64,000 nucleotides of DNA, from IMG/VR virus record IMGVR_UViG_3300025769_014365, positions 1 through 64,000 of that record; one strand, written 5' to 3'. A program made the position numbers and the translations under genes. Under the pieces are notes generated by a model. The model was not told the DNA's origin, did not search any database, and saw nothing but the letters and a program-made list of their open reading frames with translations. Of the stretch, positions 9,066 to 16,244 are shown in pieces. How positions within the stretch are numbered: the first letter of the stretch is position 1; each line of letters starts with the position of its first letter. This DNA comes from a virus.

Positions 9066-10059
9066 AGGTTCAAGCAAAGCAGTATTGGTCACCGGCGGGG
9101 CAGGATACGTGGGTTCACACACCTGTAAGTTCCTAGCCAAGAACGGGTACACACCAGTTGTCATAGACAGGGACACTAAGACCAAATTCAAACCAGCCCA
9201 GTTTGGGCCGATATTCGATATAAACCTACCACAAGAGATAGAGAGGTTAGATGAGATCATAAAAAGGTTCAACATAACAAGTTGTATACACTTCGCGGGC
9301 AGTGCCTCCGTGGCGGAATCTGTGAAGGACCCATCCGAATACTACAAGAACAACGTGATAGCGACTGTCGTGCTACTGGACAAGTTGATCGAATGCGGAG
9401 TCAATACGTTTGTCTACAGTTCCAGCGCCGCGACATATGGAGATCCAGGAATGAGATTGTGTAAGGAATCAGATTGGCCTAAACCCATAAGTGCATACGG
9501 AGCCAGTAAACTGATGATGGAAATGATCTGTAAAGATTATCAGAGAGCATACGGATTGAGCAGTGTTGGATTAAGGTATTTCAACGCCGCGGGAGCGGAT
9601 CCAGAAGCAGAAGTGGGAGAACTGAGGGAGAAGGAAACTCACATAATACCATTGGCTATAGATGCTGTAAAACAAGGTAAGAAATTCAAAATGTTTGGTG
9701 ACCAATATCCCACAGAGGATGGAACCTGTGTGAGAGATTACGTCCATGTGATGGATCTGGCCGACGCACATGTAAAGGCATTGAATTACGCATCAGACAA
9801 CGAGGTTGCTGAAGTTTTCAATCTCGGATCAGGAGCACCCGCTTCGAATCGACAACTGTTAGATGCGGTACAGAAATACGCAGGAGAGATGACTATAGAA
9901 GTGCATCCAAATCGTCCAGGAGACCCCGCATACCTAGTAGCCGACATAACAAAGGTTAAAAAAATATTAGGATGGGAGCCAATACAGAGTTCCATTGACA
10001 ACGTGGTGGCCACTGCTGTACAATGGTATAACAAGACACATAAAAAGGAAATACAATAA
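9022..10059 (+). CDS. galE: UDP-glucose 4-epimerase
   Basis: VLVTGGAGYVGSH, HFAG, SSSAATYG, YGASK, LRYFNAAGA, DGTCVRDYVHV. Confidence 0.93.
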   Translation: MEDTTGHQYQNPSIKGSSKAVLVTGGAGYVGSHTCKFLAKNGYTPVVIDRDTKTKFKPAQFGPIFDINLPQEIERLDEIIKRFNITSCIHFAGSASVAESVKDPSEYYKNNVIATVVLLDKLIECGVNTFVYSSSAATYGDPGMRLCKESDWPKPISAYGASKLMMEMICKDYQRAYGLSSVGLRYFNAAGADPEAEVGELREKETHIIPLAIDAVKQGKKFKMFGDQYPTEDGTCVRDYVHVMDLADAHVKALNYASDNEVAEVFNLGSGAPASNRQLLDAVQKYAGEMTIEVHPNRPGDPAYLVADITKVKKILGWEPIQSSIDNVVATAVQWYNKTHKKEIQ

Positions 10060-10772
10060 TGAGCGAAGACATATTAAAAGACAGTTGGATGCCGGATGAG
10101 GCAGTCAGCAAGAGGATCAGGGACAGGATCAAGAAGGCGGGCAAGAGGTTCCACGCCAATGACAACATCGCCGACTACATCGAGGACGGCGAGATTGACG
10201 AGTTACAGGCAGAGGTACAGGAGAAACTACAGGGTGTGTTGGACAGCCTGGTCATAGACACGGAGAATGATCACAACACGCAGGAAACCGCAAAACGTGT
10301 GGCCAAGATGTACATCAGAGAGACGTTCGGTGGCAGGTTTAAACCAATGCCGAGGGTCACAAGTTTCCCCAACATGGGTTACAAGAGCATGTATACATCG
10401 GGACCGATATCGATAAGATCCACGTGTGCGCACCATTTCCAGAACATAGTGGGCAAGGCATGGGTTGGCATCATTCCCAACGGTGAGGTCATTGGACTGA
10501 GTAAGTTCAATAGGATAGTGCATCACATAGTGGAGAGACCACAGATACAGGAAGAGATGACCACACAGATAGCGGAGGAACTGAAGAAGTACGCCAAGAC
10601 CGAGAACATAGCGGTTGTGGTCAAGGCAGAACACCACTGCATGACACACAGAGGTGTGAGGGAACACGAATCAGACATGACAACAGCGATAATGCTAGGT
10701 GCGTTCAAAGACGATCCAGCAACCAGAGATGAATTCTACAAGATCTGCATGAGCATGAAGGGCCATGGGTAA
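10059..10772 (+). CDS. folE: GTP cyclohydrolase I
   Basis: ETAKRVAKM, STCAHH, GLSKFNR, RPQIQE, AEHHCMTHRGV. Confidence 0.96.
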   Translation: MSEDILKDSWMPDEAVSKRIRDRIKKAGKRFHANDNIADYIEDGEIDELQAEVQEKLQGVLDSLVIDTENDHNTQETAKRVAKMYIRETFGGRFKPMPRVTSFPNMGYKSMYTSGPISIRSTCAHHFQNIVGKAWVGIIPNGEVIGLSKFNRIVHHIVERPQIQEEMTTQIAEELKKYAKTENIAVVVKAEHHCMTHRGVREHESDMTTAIMLGAFKDDPATRDEFYKICMSMKGHG

Positions 10773-11013
10773 GGAAGAGAAGAAAACGTCGGACGGAGTC
10801 TGGCGCATGGAGGACTGGGACATTAGCGATGTCAACACAGGATCCGCGTCAGAGATGCTGACCATAGATGGCATGAGTTACAGTTTTGGTGAACTAGAGT
10901 TTGAAACTGATCAAAAATTAAGAGAAAAGTACCCAGCGTTAAAAGACGCATGGGATCACTACAACAACGTAAAGAAGATGTGTGAAGCAAAGGAGCAAGA
11001 AGATGAGAATTAA
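10765..11013 (+). CDS. Hypothetical protein
   Basis: 82-aa ORF overlapping folE and guaC; KYPALKDAWDHY. Confidence 0.6.
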   Translation: MGKEEKKTSDGVWRMEDWDISDVNTGSASEMLTIDGMSYSFGELEFETDQKLREKYPALKDAWDHYNNVKKMCEAKEQEDEN

Positions 11014-12052
11014 GGAGGACCTAAAACTAAATTTCGACGATGTGCTGATGGAACCCAAGCGCTCCACTTTGAGTTCTAGGAGAGATGTGGACATGACGAG
11101 GAAATTTAAGTTCCGGAATTCCGGCAAGATAATGGAATTCACTCCAATATTCGCCAGTAACATGGACGGTGTTGGTACATTCTCCATGGCCAAGGTGCTA
11201 CAGGAACACAAGATGATGACTGTTATAACAAAATCAACCACACTGGATCAATGGAAGGAAGCAGTGGGATCAGGCTTGAGACTACAGAGTGTAAGCGTCT
11301 GTACAGGCACCAACAAGATATGGGATCCAGAAGCGGAAGACTATGCGAGGATGCAGGACGTGTTGAGGAGTTTCCCAGATGTCAAGATGATCACTATAGA
11401 TGTTGCTAACGCATACCACCAGAATTTTGTGGATTTCATCAAGATGGTCCGAGACGAATACCCAGACAAGGTCATAGTGGCGGGCAACGTGGTCACACCA
11501 GAGATGGTGGAGGAACTGATCATTAACGGTGCTGACATGGTCAAGATCGGAATAGGACCAGGATCAGTGTGTACCACGAGGACGATGACCGGCATAGGTG
11601 TGCCACAGTTCTCGGCTATTGTGGAATGCGCTGATGCGGCCAACGGCGTTGATGGACACATAATGGCGGATGGCGGATGTGTGTGGCCCGGAGACATAGC
11701 CAAGGCGTTCGGTGGGGGAGCACACGCTGTCATGATAGGTGGAATGCTGGCGGGACACGATGAGTCAGAACAACCAGTTGTGGACGGCAAGGTTGAATTT
11801 TATGGCATGAGCTCAGACAGGGCTCGTGAGAAACACGGCAAGAGAAAAGACGGATACAGGGGCAACGAGGGAAGGTGGATCAGCCTGCCACACAGGGGAC
11901 CTGTGAATCCAACAGTGGAGGACATATTAGGCGGAGTGAGATCAGCGGCCACTTACATCGGTGCCCGTAGACTCAAAGATATGCCCAAGTGTGCCACTTT
12001 CGTTAGGGTCAACAACAACATCAACAGGGTCTATGAGCGTTACACCAAATAG
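11003..12052 (+). CDS. guaC: GMP reductase
   Basis: KLNFDDVLMEPKRSTLSSR, NMDGVG, IDVANAY, catalytic GIGPGSVCTTR, FYGMSS; no CBS domains. Start at ATG 11003 after AGGAG. Confidence 0.92.
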   Translation: MRIKEDLKLNFDDVLMEPKRSTLSSRRDVDMTRKFKFRNSGKIMEFTPIFASNMDGVGTFSMAKVLQEHKMMTVITKSTTLDQWKEAVGSGLRLQSVSVCTGTNKIWDPEAEDYARMQDVLRSFPDVKMITIDVANAYHQNFVDFIKMVRDEYPDKVIVAGNVVTPEMVEELIINGADMVKIGIGPGSVCTTRTMTGIGVPQFSAIVECADAANGVDGHIMADGGCVWPGDIAKAFGGGAHAVMIGGMLAGHDESEQPVVDGKVEFYGMSSDRAREKHGKRKDGYRGNEGRWISLPHRGPVNPTVEDILGGVRSAATYIGARRLKDMPKCATFVRVNNNINRVYERYTK

Positions 12053-12374
12053 AGTAGACGAGATAGAGGACAAGATCGAGGCACTTGAAGACAGCCTCAG
12101 TTCGGTGCGCAAGGTCACACCCATACACGATTCCACGTGGTACGTGAAGTGGATCTCTGTTGCGTTCGTTTGCTGTGCGGTGCTGTGTAGGTCAGTCGAA
12201 GAGATACCCAAAATATTTGACGTGTCATTCTCCATAGTGGGCACGGCCGGATGGTTATGGGTGGGATTCAAATGGCATGATAGAGCACTTATAATATTAA
12301 ACACAATTCTACTGGCCATGTTAGTTTCTGGAGCATTTAGATACTACCTTACGTACTTCGGATGGATACAATGA
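12033..12374 (+). CDS. Small membrane protein (about 3 TM)
   Basis: Hydrophobic segments WYVKWISVAFV, GWLWVGFKWHDRALIILN; in-frame ATG at 12033. Confidence 0.65.
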   Translation: MSVTPNRVDEIEDKIEALEDSLSSVRKVTPIHDSTWYVKWISVAFVCCAVLCRSVEEIPKIFDVSFSIVGTAGWLWVGFKWHDRALIILNTILLAMLVSGAFRYYLTYFGWIQ

Positions 12375-12835
12375 CGGAAGAAGTCAACAAGAGCTATTTC
12401 ACCACAGGTCAGATGCGCAATGCACTGATACAGATTGAAGACCAGATGGTGCACAGCAACTGGATGCCAAGCGTTATACTGGGCATTAACAGGGGTGGAT
12501 GTATTCCTGGCGTGTATCTCTCACACAGGCTGAACGTGCCACACGAAGCACTTGACGTGAGATTGCGAGACCATACATCCAAACCCGACCTATCGGTGTT
12601 AGAGAAGGTGTTCGCTTTCCAGAAGAAAATACTGATCATAGATGACATCAACGACTCTGGTGCGACATTCCAATATATCCTAGACAATTTTGGCAAGCCA
12701 GACGACAGGATCCGTTTTGCGGCCTTGATCAACAACAAACCGTCTCCGGTCAAGATGGACTACCATGGTTACCAGATCAACAAGGACGAGGTGCCCGCAT
12801 GGATAGTGTTTCCATGGGAAGATTGGGACAAATAA
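12371..12835 (+). CDS. Type I phosphoribosyltransferase (xanthine/guanine PRT-like)
   Basis: GINRGG, PRPP-binding ILIIDDINDSGAT, C-terminal WIVFPWE typical of Gpt; ATGA overlap. Confidence 0.88.
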   Translation: MTEEVNKSYFTTGQMRNALIQIEDQMVHSNWMPSVILGINRGGCIPGVYLSHRLNVPHEALDVRLRDHTSKPDLSVLEKVFAFQKKILIIDDINDSGATFQYILDNFGKPDDRIRFAALINNKPSPVKMDYHGYQINKDEVPAWIVFPWEDWDK

Positions 12836-12881
12836 AATTTTCAAATACCTTTATTGTAGTAAATAAATTTAGGCTACCTGT

Positions 12882-13655
12882 ATGAGATACCTTTTAATAT
12901 TTTCGTTTATCTATCGACATTATCGTAAAAAAATGAATGTGAGACTTTACAGTGACAATTATCTATTAGACGACATTTACCTAGACAAGGAGATATACAC
13001 TAAACGTGTCAACAAAACTAAAATTTCAGCAAAATACAAGAACATAAAAGAGTTCAAATGGTGGTATGCTCATAGGCTAGAACAAACGAATGTAGTCGAT
13101 TATCAAGACAAACCTGAGCAGATACACGTTTATGAAATAGATGATTCGGTTTTAGACGAACAAGTGAGAATTGAAATAGAAGACTACAGTGCCAATAGCA
13201 CCAATGGTTTCATGACCAAATCCAACACTTTAATGATTGATAGTATTTTTCTTTTCCCAAAATGTTTGTTCGAGTCTCACGAAAGTCTACACAAATTAGG
13301 AAATTTGATATACAAAAATCCAAGGCTAGTAGAACAAAACAGACCAAACGCGAAACCCGACGATATTTACAATGACCACATAATCGAATGGCCTGGGAAT
13401 GGAGTCACAATTGAACAGGGACAAGTTAACGTGAACACATGGCACGGAGGAGTAAAAACCTTGACTATACCAGTTTCAAAAAAACACAATATCTACTTTC
13501 TAGATCCATGCAGGAAAAATAGAGTAAATGGACGTCCGGCCAAGTGGGGTTTCAATACAGGCATTTTGGAATACGACGAAATTTTTCGAATACTACCAGA
13601 AAATACACACGAGACGACTGGTACAATTGGCAAATTAAAGATTTTATCTTTATAA
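12882..13655 (+). CDS. Hypothetical protein in an AT-rich insert
   Basis: 257-aa ORF, visibly more AT-rich than its flanks; start uncertain. Confidence 0.6.
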   Translation: MRYLLIFSFIYRHYRKKMNVRLYSDNYLLDDIYLDKEIYTKRVNKTKISAKYKNIKEFKWWYAHRLEQTNVVDYQDKPEQIHVYEIDDSVLDEQVRIEIEDYSANSTNGFMTKSNTLMIDSIFLFPKCLFESHESLHKLGNLIYKNPRLVEQNRPNAKPDDIYNDHIIEWPGNGVTIEQGQVNVNTWHGGVKTLTIPVSKKHNIYFLDPCRKNRVNGRPAKWGFNTGILEYDEIFRILPENTHETTGTIGKLKILSL

Positions 13656-13669
13656 ATCAATTTTAAATG

Positions 13670-13699
13670 TTGACTCACCTATCGCTAAAATGCTAAAAT
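13670..13699 (+). promoter_or_regulatory. Sigma70-like promoter TTGACT-N18-TAAAAT with extended -10 TG
   Basis: Upstream of a TAAGGAGG RBS and yhhQ. Confidence 0.55.
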
Positions 13700-13732
13700 C
13701 TTGATACATTAAACAAACCTTAAGGAGGATTA

Positions 13733-14383
13733 ATGTTAAAATCACTACTGGCAGGCGTTGACAAGACGCTTGTAAGAAATCTAGTAATTCTACACACACT
13801 TGTTATCGCTGTGTCGAACTACCTAGTTACGATCAGATTTGATCTGTTCCCTGGTGCGGACCTTCCGTTGTTTGGATCGTTTCCACTTGCGGCGGCGGCA
13901 TTCACATTTCCGATCGTAGTAGTCGCAACTGACTTGACGGTCAGATTGGTCGGCAAGGAAGCGGGAAGGGCCGTCGTAGCAATGGCGATCATTCCAGCCA
14001 TCGTTGCATCAGTACTGGTACTGTTGGCACTGGGTGATCCACACGCGTATAGGGTTGGATTCGCATCAGGTACGGCATACGCGATTGGTACCATGCTTGA
14101 CGTGTACGTTTTCCAAGCGATCAGAGAAAGATCTGACAATTGGTGGGCGGCACCGGCACTATCGACCATCGCGGCGAACATAATCGACACATACTCGTTC
14201 TTTTACGTGGCGTTCGCAGGATCGTTGGATGCGGAAGGTAACCTATCGTGGATCGGTGAGAACTGGCACGTGGTTGCGCAGAACAACACACTGACCAAGA
14301 TCGTGGTCGGTCTGATAGTGTTCCTACCAGCGTATGGAATACTGTTGAACAGACTGCAGGTCATTGGCAAGAAGAAAAAATAG
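13733..14383 (+). CDS. yhhQ: YhhQ/VUT family queuosine-precursor (preQ0/preQ1) transporter
   Basis: HTLVIAVSNYLV, FTFP..ATDLTVR, AYAIG..LDVYVF, WWAAP..ST, DT..FF.VAF and FLPAYG.LLN all follow the E. coli YhhQ pattern. Confidence 0.88.
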   Translation: MLKSLLAGVDKTLVRNLVILHTLVIAVSNYLVTIRFDLFPGADLPLFGSFPLAAAAFTFPIVVVATDLTVRLVGKEAGRAVVAMAIIPAIVASVLVLLALGDPHAYRVGFASGTAYAIGTMLDVYVFQAIRERSDNWWAAPALSTIAANIIDTYSFFYVAFAGSLDAEGNLSWIGENWHVVAQNNTLTKIVVGLIVFLPAYGILLNRLQVIGKKKK

Positions 14384-14390
14384 TCGATCA

Positions 14391-14411
14391 GGGGGAGTTT
14401 TTTTCTCCCCC
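14391..14411. terminator. GC hairpin GGGGGAG-T7-CTCCCCC after yhhQ (possible terminator)
   Basis: Perfect 7-bp stem; no U-tract follows on +, so function is uncertain. Confidence 0.45.
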
Positions 14412-14412
14412 A

Positions 14413-14442
14413 TTGACAACTCATCTAAATATCCTTTATAAT
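14413..14442 (+). promoter_or_regulatory. Sigma70 promoter TTGACA-N18-TATAAT with TAAATA inside the spacer
   Basis: Perfect hexamers, read directly. Confidence 0.7.
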
Positions 14443-14467
14443 ACAAGTATAGGAAGGTACAAAATTT

Positions 14468-14863
14468 ATGGGAAATAAGGCAGGAAAGATTTGGGGAGAA
14501 ACAGAACTGATACTAGCGAACAGTTCATGTGAGTTCCACAGGATAGATTACAAGAAGGGTGGTGTTTGTTCCAAACACAAACACGAATGGAAATGGAACG
14601 GCTTCTACGTGGTGTCGGGGCAAATGAAGATTAGGGTTTGGGCGAATGACTACGACCTCGTGGACGAGACCATACTTAACCCAGGCGACTTTACAGCCGT
14701 CAAACCAGGACAATATCACACGTTCGAAGGACTCGAGGACGGCGTGGCTTTTGAACTTTACTGGGCCAATTTCTCACACAACGACATAGTGAGGGAGAAC
14801 ACTGGTTACATGAAGGAGACGGACGGCAAGGTGGTAAGGTTAGACAAGAGCAAGAAGAAATAG
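14468..14863 (+). CDS. Cupin-domain protein
   Basis: CSKHKH..K...FYVVSG and PGQYHTF cupin motifs. Confidence 0.85.
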   Translation: MGNKAGKIWGETELILANSSCEFHRIDYKKGGVCSKHKHEWKWNGFYVVSGQMKIRVWANDYDLVDETILNPGDFTAVKPGQYHTFEGLEDGVAFELYWANFSHNDIVRENTGYMKETDGKVVRLDKSKKK

Positions 14864-14864
14864 T

Positions 14865-15287
14865 GTGAACATCTACACCATATACGCCGACCACAAAGAC
14901 AACATCACAGCACATGACTTCGTGTACAAGATGAAATTGTTCCTAGATAAGTTAGTCGATCACAGGAAAATGTCCACTTACAGGATCACTAGGATGAAAC
15001 TGGGTTTCAGGTCAATGGATTTACCTGAATTCAGGATTGACATGGAGTTTGACACTATGCAGGCTCTTGATGATGCTATGACTATTACCATTGCTGACAA
15101 AAAAGTAGATCAGGTACATGTTGGATTCAATCAGTATGTGAATACCGATACCATACAACACTTTTTGTACAGAGATTTTCCAGATGATCTAAATAAGCCA
15201 AAGTTGACAGAACAGCAAGACCAGTTTACAATAGATGAGATAGTCAAGGCAACAAAAAATATAAAACCAGAATTATGGAAAGAATAA
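14865..15287 (+). CDS. Hypothetical protein (DUF6614-like)
   Basis: GTG start; YRITRMKLGFRS..LPEFRIDMEF pattern recalled from this family. Confidence 0.5.
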   Translation: MNIYTIYADHKDNITAHDFVYKMKLFLDKLVDHRKMSTYRITRMKLGFRSMDLPEFRIDMEFDTMQALDDAMTITIADKKVDQVHVGFNQYVNTDTIQHFLYRDFPDDLNKPKLTEQQDQFTIDEIVKATKNIKPELWKE

Positions 15288-16162
15288 GGTATTCGGAAAT
15301 ATTCTACAGTGTACAAGGCGAGGGGAGGTTCGTTGGAGTGCCTTCGGTGTTCTTTAGGACGTTTGGCTGTAATTTCCACTGCCATGGCTTTGGACAGGGT
15401 AGAGATAGATCAAAATGGATCCAACCCGAAGACATGCCCTACAACACACAGGACATCACAAACATCAAACACATATCCGAACTACCGGTTGTGAACATAG
15501 GTTGCGACGCTTCGGCCAGCTGGAGCGCTAGATACAAGGACCTAGTGGATTGGGATCCTGTAGACGAGATAGCAAAAAAGGTCACAGCACACACACCAGA
15601 GAACCGATGGACCTGTGCGAACGGACAGGATGTTCATTTCATAATCACGGGCGGTGAACCCATGATGTGGCAGAGACAGATCGAGGCACTGATCAGGCAA
15701 CCAGAATTCAACGACTTAAAGAACATCACCGTAGAGACCAACTGCACACAGGCATGGAAGGACAACTTCGACAAGTTCATGCATGGACTGACCGCGGGCG
15801 ATTACACTAAGGAACCTGTACACGTGACATGGTCAACATCACCAAAACTGAGCATATCAGGCGAGGCATGGGAGAAGGCCATAAGAGCGGATGTGGCGAG
15901 GCAATACTCACTGATACCCAACACACACCTATACTTCAAGTTCGTGGTGCAGGACGAACAGGATCTTAAGGAAGTGGATTCGGCAAGGGAGGCATACTCT
16001 AAGGCGGGGGTCACTGGAGACATATATCTCATGGCTGTAGGGGCCACACAGGAAGGTCAATCTAAGACATCATCACAGGTGGCAGAGATGGCCATGAAGA
16101 ACGGCTACAAATACTCCCCAAGACTGCACGTGGACCTGTTCGGAAATAAATGGGGTACATAA
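15275..16162 (+). CDS. queE: 7-carboxy-7-deazaguanine synthase (radical SAM)
   Basis: SEIFYSVQGEG..VGVPSVFFRTFGCN, ITGGEP, VETN, TSPKL, FKFVV, SPRLHV..GN. Cysteine motif is Cx3Cx40C. Confidence 0.92.
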   Translation: MERIRYSEIFYSVQGEGRFVGVPSVFFRTFGCNFHCHGFGQGRDRSKWIQPEDMPYNTQDITNIKHISELPVVNIGCDASASWSARYKDLVDWDPVDEIAKKVTAHTPENRWTCANGQDVHFIITGGEPMMWQRQIEALIRQPEFNDLKNITVETNCTQAWKDNFDKFMHGLTAGDYTKEPVHVTWSTSPKLSISGEAWEKAIRADVARQYSLIPNTHLYFKFVVQDEQDLKEVDSAREAYSKAGVTGDIYLMAVGATQEGQSKTSSQVAEMAMKNGYKYSPRLHVDLFGNKWGT

Positions 16163-16171
16163 TAGTGCCAC

Positions 16172-16221
16172 TAAATAATTTTATATAATTTGTTGTAACG
16201 CTCCCAAGGAAGTTCACAACA
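16172..16221 (+). promoter_or_regulatory. TAAATA/TATAAT promoter elements plus 5'-UTR hairpin upstream of tctA
   Basis: TAAATA 16172-16177, TATAAT 16184-16189, stem TGTTGT-AAC...GTT-C-ACAACA 16191-16221. Confidence 0.45.
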
Positions 16222-16244
16222 TCAACCCCAAAAATCGATAGTAT

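Noticed and set aside
11003-12052. IMP dehydrogenase (guaB)
   Set aside because: Length, absence of CBS domains and the PKRSTLSSR/NMD motifs fit GuaC better.
13656-13732. preQ1 riboswitch upstream of yhhQ
   Set aside because: No recognisable preQ1 stem-loop with A-rich tail; the space is taken up by the promoter and RBS. An Rfam scan would be decisive.
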